Assembly (NCBI GenBank): GCA_000708835.1 | Contig: DF236979.1 | Location: 272,208-336,207 of the forward strand | From: Klebsormidium nitens | Taxonomy: Eukaryota > Plantae > Klebsormidiophyceae | Length of the DNA stretch: 64,000 nucleotides | Direction of reading: 5' to 3' | Part shown: piece after piece, positions 59,601 through 64,000 of the stretch | How positions within the stretch are numbered: position 1 is the stretch's first letter | Layout of the letters: each line of letters starts with the position of its first letter | Program-made: the position numbers and the translations under genes | The notes under the pieces: model-generated | Seen by the model: only the letters and a program-made list of their open reading frames with translations | What the model was told of the DNA's origin: nothing | Databases searched by the model: none

Positions 59601-62600
59601 TCACTTATCGTTCTTGACATCACATATTGCACAATGTTCCAAAGCCATCTGAAAGGACTCCCTTGAAGCTTGGAGCTCCTGTCGGGTGTACCCAGGTTTA
59701 ATTTAGTCTCTGGACCAAAGCACTCACGTCTTGTAACTCCTGTGTCGCATATGGAATTATAATTTCTGAAGTGTTCAGTGTTGCCGTCGACCCAGAGTCA
59801 CAAGCACTGACTGCAATCTGAAAGCCTGCTTCTAAACCTGACTGCACGAGTCCAACTCCCAGATCCCCAAGTTCCCGCCCATTATCGTGCCAAACTTCTT
59901 GTAGTTCGTAGACCGCTCCCTATTCGTCATCGTAGGCCTCGAGTAATGAACGGACGATGTCGGACGGTCGGTACCCTTGACCTCACTGATAGACTTCTTA
60001 TGAAGTACGGTTTGAGTGCCGGCCCTGACACCACTATGAGGAATCGCCAGTGACTTGCAGAATCCCCCAAACTTGTCAGATTCTAACCGCACTGGTCAAG
60101 TGCCTGAACTGCGGGTTCGAAATCGAACAACTTCATTAGTCCATCTTCAGCGCTCAACCTAGTCTGCCTTTTTGAACTCATCTTAGACGTGCACAATCGA
60201 AGCTCTTGGAGTGTTGTAAACGATAATATCTACCCCAAACCTCGCTCACAGCCTCATCTGCTTAATGCACAGGTCAAGTGCCTGATCTGCGGATTCAAGT
60301 CTTAACCAAACTTGTTCATGGACCTGAGCCTGGGCAAGTCTGAGATAAGCCCGTTGCTTCAAAACCTGCTAAAAGCCATCATTTCCTGACCCACAGGTCA
60401 AGTGTCTAACCTGCAATTTCGAGTCCAACAAGCGCGACGTGTTCATGGACCTCAGCCTGGACCTCGCCCCCTCCACGCACAGCGTCTACGCGGCGCTCCA
60501 GGCGTTCATTACGCCGGAGAGGCTGGACGGCGCCAACAAGTACCGCTGCGAGCGCTGCAAGAAGCTCTCGGCTGCACGCAAGCAGATGCAGATTCTGCGG
60601 GCGCCCAACGTGCTTGTCATTCAGCTCAAGGTAAGGTCCTCGTTTCTTCGCCGTTCTCCTGTTGGTGGGCTGTCAGGTGCTCCTTCTAGTCGCTGCCAGC
60701 AGCACGGGTTTGTCGTATAATCCTCGGAGCTGCAGTATCCTGTAACATGGCAAGTGCTTTCGACAAAATTGGCAAAGGTTGCTCCACTGAAACAAAGTTT
60801 GTGCTGTTTTTAGTATGCGCGAAACGAAGACGTGTTGTGGCTCCGGAGCAATCCGTTGAGAAGGGCCGTGGCTTTCGTTTTGGGAGGGGCTTACCTCAAC
60901 GAACTTGTTTTGAGAAGGAGCGGCTTGATTCGCTAAGGTGTAGCTACTTTCCGCAAGGATCCCTCTGGCAAAGCAACGTCTTTCTTGGTGAGAACGTGAT
61001 AGGAGACTGCTGTTTTCCTGGCAGACACGAGCACCCAACCCGCATGCTCAGTCCATGTATGCAACGGGACGAGACGGGAAGTGGAACAGAAGGTGATCAA
61101 AAGCCAAAAGGCGAGCACCTCGAACTGTTCGCAGTGCGATGATCATGTTGCTGCTCATGCTAACCAGCAGCTTTCTCGTGCAGCGCTTCGAGAACATCTG
61201 CGGCGGCAAGATCACGCGCCACGTGCACTTCAGCGAGACGCTCAGCCTGGCGGGGTTCATGGCCCCCGGCTCCCGCGACCCCCCCCCCGAGTACACCCTG
61301 TACGCGCTCATCGTACACGAGGGCAGTACTCAGCAGCTGGGGCACTACTACGCGTGCGCAAAGGCCTCCCGCGTCTGGTACTGCTTCAACGACTCGAGCG
61401 TGCGCCCGGTGCACTGGTCGGACGTGTCTCGCCAGGGGGCGTACATTTTGTTCTATCTTAGGACCCGCCCCCCCGGGTCGGTGTTTTTCTACCCCCCAAA
61501 AAGCCAGGTTCTGACAAAAGAGAGCGCCGGAGGTGCTGCCCGCGTGAATAAACAGCAACCGCCGGAGGGCAATCGGGGCGCTGTAGAGTCACCGGTCAGC
61601 GCCAAAACGGGACGGACAGAGGCAGGAGGCACTTCGACAGGGCCTCTCATCGGCCCCCAGTTGCCACCTGGTTATCGAGGCCCTGTCAAGCAACCGGGGA
61701 GTGCTGAAGTAGGGCGGGCGAACCTCGGAAACGGTGCGGCAGCTGCAGCGGTAGGGCCTCTATACGGTCCCCAGTTGCCACCTGGCTATCGGGGCCCTGT
61801 CGAGCCACCAGCAAACAGTGAAGGAGGGCGGGCGGGGCTCGGAAACGGTGCGGCAGCTGAGGCGGCGGGGCCTCTTTACGGGCCCCAATTGCCACCCGGT
61901 TCTCGGGGCCCTGTGGAGTCGGGAACGGGCGCGGGAACAGTGCAGACGGAAGTCGGAAGCAGTGCGGCGGCGCTGTCGGCAGGGCCCTCTTACGAGCCCC
62001 AACTTCCCCTGAATTTTCTGGGCCCTGTGGGATCGATCAGCGAGCCCGAGTTAGCAGGATCGAAGAGTAGAGACGAGAGAGGCGCACTCTCAGCAGGGCC
62101 TTCTTGCGAACTCCCGACGCCTCTGGGCCCTGTTGGCGTAAGTGGCGGGACCGGTCAGTCAAATAGTGAAAGCAGCAGCCAGATGAAGGGACCTCCAGCA
62201 AGGCCGGTCCCTCCGCTGCCAATCCCTCCAGAAACGCCCCCCTTGCCACAAGGCCTTGTCAGTCAAGCCGTGACTGCGGAAGGCAATCAAGGGGGGCGGT
62301 GCGAGCGGGGCGGGACAGGGCCCCCACTGTCACCAGGGGGCGCGGTCGAAGGTGCGGGGCGAAAGATGCTGAACCCTAGCCTGGACGGAAAGCCTCTTGC
62401 TGATCCGTGCGACAATTCAGGAGGGGCTGATCACGCAGTCAGCGTCACAACCAACGGTTCAGTGGATCAGGCGGGCCGGGCTGAGTCCAACGGGGGTGAC
62501 GTCAGCGTCCCGCTTGGGGATGACGTCTGCATGTCTGGGAGTAAGATGGGGGCAGCTGGCGAGCGCGAGCCGCACAGTCTGAAGCGCAGACTGTCCGGAT

Positions 62601-63355
62601 CAGACGCGCCGGTAGCCCCCGAGTCGAAACGAAAAGTGTCCAAAAGCGAGAGAATGTTCGATGTCGAGGTTGACGGAAGACTGAAAAGTGGGGAAGACAA
62701 CAGAGGGGGTCTGATATGTGAAGCTGCCGGGGGCGGCGACACGCAGGATACCGTCGAGCATAGAGCGAGTGTTGCGGGTGCGGGGGATGGGGTTGCAGCT
62801 GGAGATCTGGTCATGCCAAGTGTCATAGGATTAGGGAATGGAATTGGCCAGGAAGGCTCGAAACTGGGATCCGGCGGCGTTGGGAAAGATGTGCAGACTG
62901 GGAACTCAACGGGGCAGGGACGCGAGGCGGCTCGATTGGGGTCGAGGAAGATCGACGGCGGCGAGGGGGTGGTGCGAGCAGCAGCGAGCGGTCCCCCTCA
63001 ACCGGATACGCTTTTGAACGGTGGGGAGGGTATGTCAACGAGGCCACAGGGCGCTCTGGTCGAGGTCCATGGCGCGCCAGGAGGACACATGGATGCGGGC
63101 GGGAAAGTGGAGATTGTTGATGCGTCCGCTTGGTCGCTAGCGTTCTCGTACGGCTCAGACGACGATGAGGAGCGCGAGGAAACCCTAAAGAAGGCTGGTG
63201 TTATTGGCCTCAGTTCGTCAGCTTGCCCGGTTGAGGGAAGGATATTTGACCAGGGCTTGAAAACGGACCACAAGCCTCTACCCGGGTTGGTGGAAGCTGA
63301 GTCTCTGCTCCAAGGGGGGCCTGGTTTGGGCATCTTCGGCTGGTCTAAGACATAA
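56643..63355 (+). CDS. Ubiquitin-specific protease (USP36/USP42 and plant UBP23-like), 6 exons
   Basis: Exons 56643-57180, 57997-58122, 58496-58598, 59128-59206 or 59277-59370, 60397-60630, 61184-63355. Cys box GLTNLGNTCYLNSVLQCL, QEDAHELL, IFGG..Q.QVKCLTC, FMDLSLD, LDGANKYRCERCKK, PNVLVIQLKRF, His box HEGSTQQLGHYY, WYCFNDS, AYILFY; long disordered C-terminal tail. Confidence 0.94.
60085..60335 (+). repeat. Two echoes of USP exon 5 acceptor and start
   Basis: CACTG|GTCAAGTGCCTGAACTGCGGGTTCGAA (60095) and CACAG|GTCAAGTGCCTGATCTGCGGATTCAAGTCTTAA..TTCATGGACCTGAGCCTGG (60273) vs real CACAG|GTCAAGTGTCTAACCTGC..TTCATGGACCTCAGCCTGG (60397). Confidence 0.88.
61640..62135 (+). repeat. Coding tandem repeat: 4-5 x 38 aa GPLYGPQLPPGYRGPV units in the USP tail
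   Basis: 114-nt period visible in the translation of ORF 61139..63355. Confidence 0.9.
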
Positions 63356-63738
63356 GCTGGGAGAAGCACATCTGGTTTACGAATCTTAAGAGGTTGATCG
63401 ATACTAAGGCACAGTCTTGGTTGCACCCTCTCTGAAGCTCCTTGGACCTATGATTGGCTAGTGTTTGTTATAGCCACTTTGAAGGACTAGCTCGAGGAAA
63501 CCCACAATGATGGCCTCAAAATCTAAGACTGATTGGAAACCAATGCTGGCGGATACTTGGCATGTAATCCATGCATGTATGGGCGTGTGCAGCGCACTTT
63601 GTTTTGGTTGCATCGATTCTGTTGCATGGCTGGCTAGCAAGTCAATGTTAAGCAACGCGTGTGCATCACTTCAAGATTGTCAGAACAAGTTCAATAAGGC
63701 CATATGATAGGCAATGGGGTTTCAGAGTCAATCAAGTT

Positions 63739-63786
63739 GCCAAGCCGCTAGCGGCTTGGCACGAGCTCAGCTGCAAGCTCGTGCCA
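63739..63786. other. Two overlapping inverted repeats downstream of the USP stop
   Basis: Perfect 22-nt palindrome GCCAAGCCGCTAGCGGCTTGGC (63739-63760) overlapping an 11-bp stem TGGCACGAGCT-8nt-AGCTCGTGCCA (63757-63786). Confidence 0.7.
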
Positions 63787-64000
63787 CAGGAAGAAGCAGA
63801 AAACTACAGAAAACACCCTAAAAGGTATGGCCGAGTACTGATACTCTTACCTACCGGTACTACCTACCGTACACCGTCTCATGCCGGAGATCTTTCCCGC
63901 CGGTACGGCCCAGTTTATCGTCGACGTCGGCCGGGAAAAGCGACACATACCGGCTGTCATACACTGGTCACACATGCCGGAAAAGCTCCTTTGGGCGGCC

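Noticed and set aside
1-64000. tRNA/rRNA genes and autonomous transposons (RT, integrase, transposase)
   Set aside because: No cloverleaf, rRNA signature or TE catalytic motifs were seen by eye. tRNAscan-SE, Infernal and RepeatMasker would be needed to exclude short or decayed copies.

Overview
Eukaryotic, intron-rich (GT-AG) nuclear DNA from a streptophyte green alga. Gene content, intron sizes and codon use suggest Klebsormidium; this is an inference. Nine multi-exon genes could be spliced by hand with consistent phases: a DUF604/Fringe-like glycosyltransferase (+), a tail-anchored long coiled-coil protein (+), an SLC13/TrkA-C Na+/sulfate cotransporter (SLT type, +), a MATE transporter (-), an FAD synthase with a C-terminal molybdopterin-binding-like domain (+), a small plastid membrane protein (-), an uncharacterised protein with PD-(D/E)xK nuclease-like motifs (+), a plastid-targeted STN7/8-related probable pseudokinase (-) and a USP/UBP deubiquitinase (+). 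There are two assembly gaps. No tRNA, rRNA, CRISPR array or intact transposase was recognised. The most striking feature not explained by the genes is recurrent 'splice-junction echoes': in six of the nine genes, introns are partly built from tandem, decaying copies of the adjacent exon end plus its splice site. These sit mostly beside exons with very high GC3. The palindrome TGACGTCA also occurs 16 times against about 1 expected. Other highlights are a candidate mutually exclusive exon pair in the USP, a GC-AG intron, an 84-nt intergenic hairpin and telomere-type repeats at a 3' splice site.
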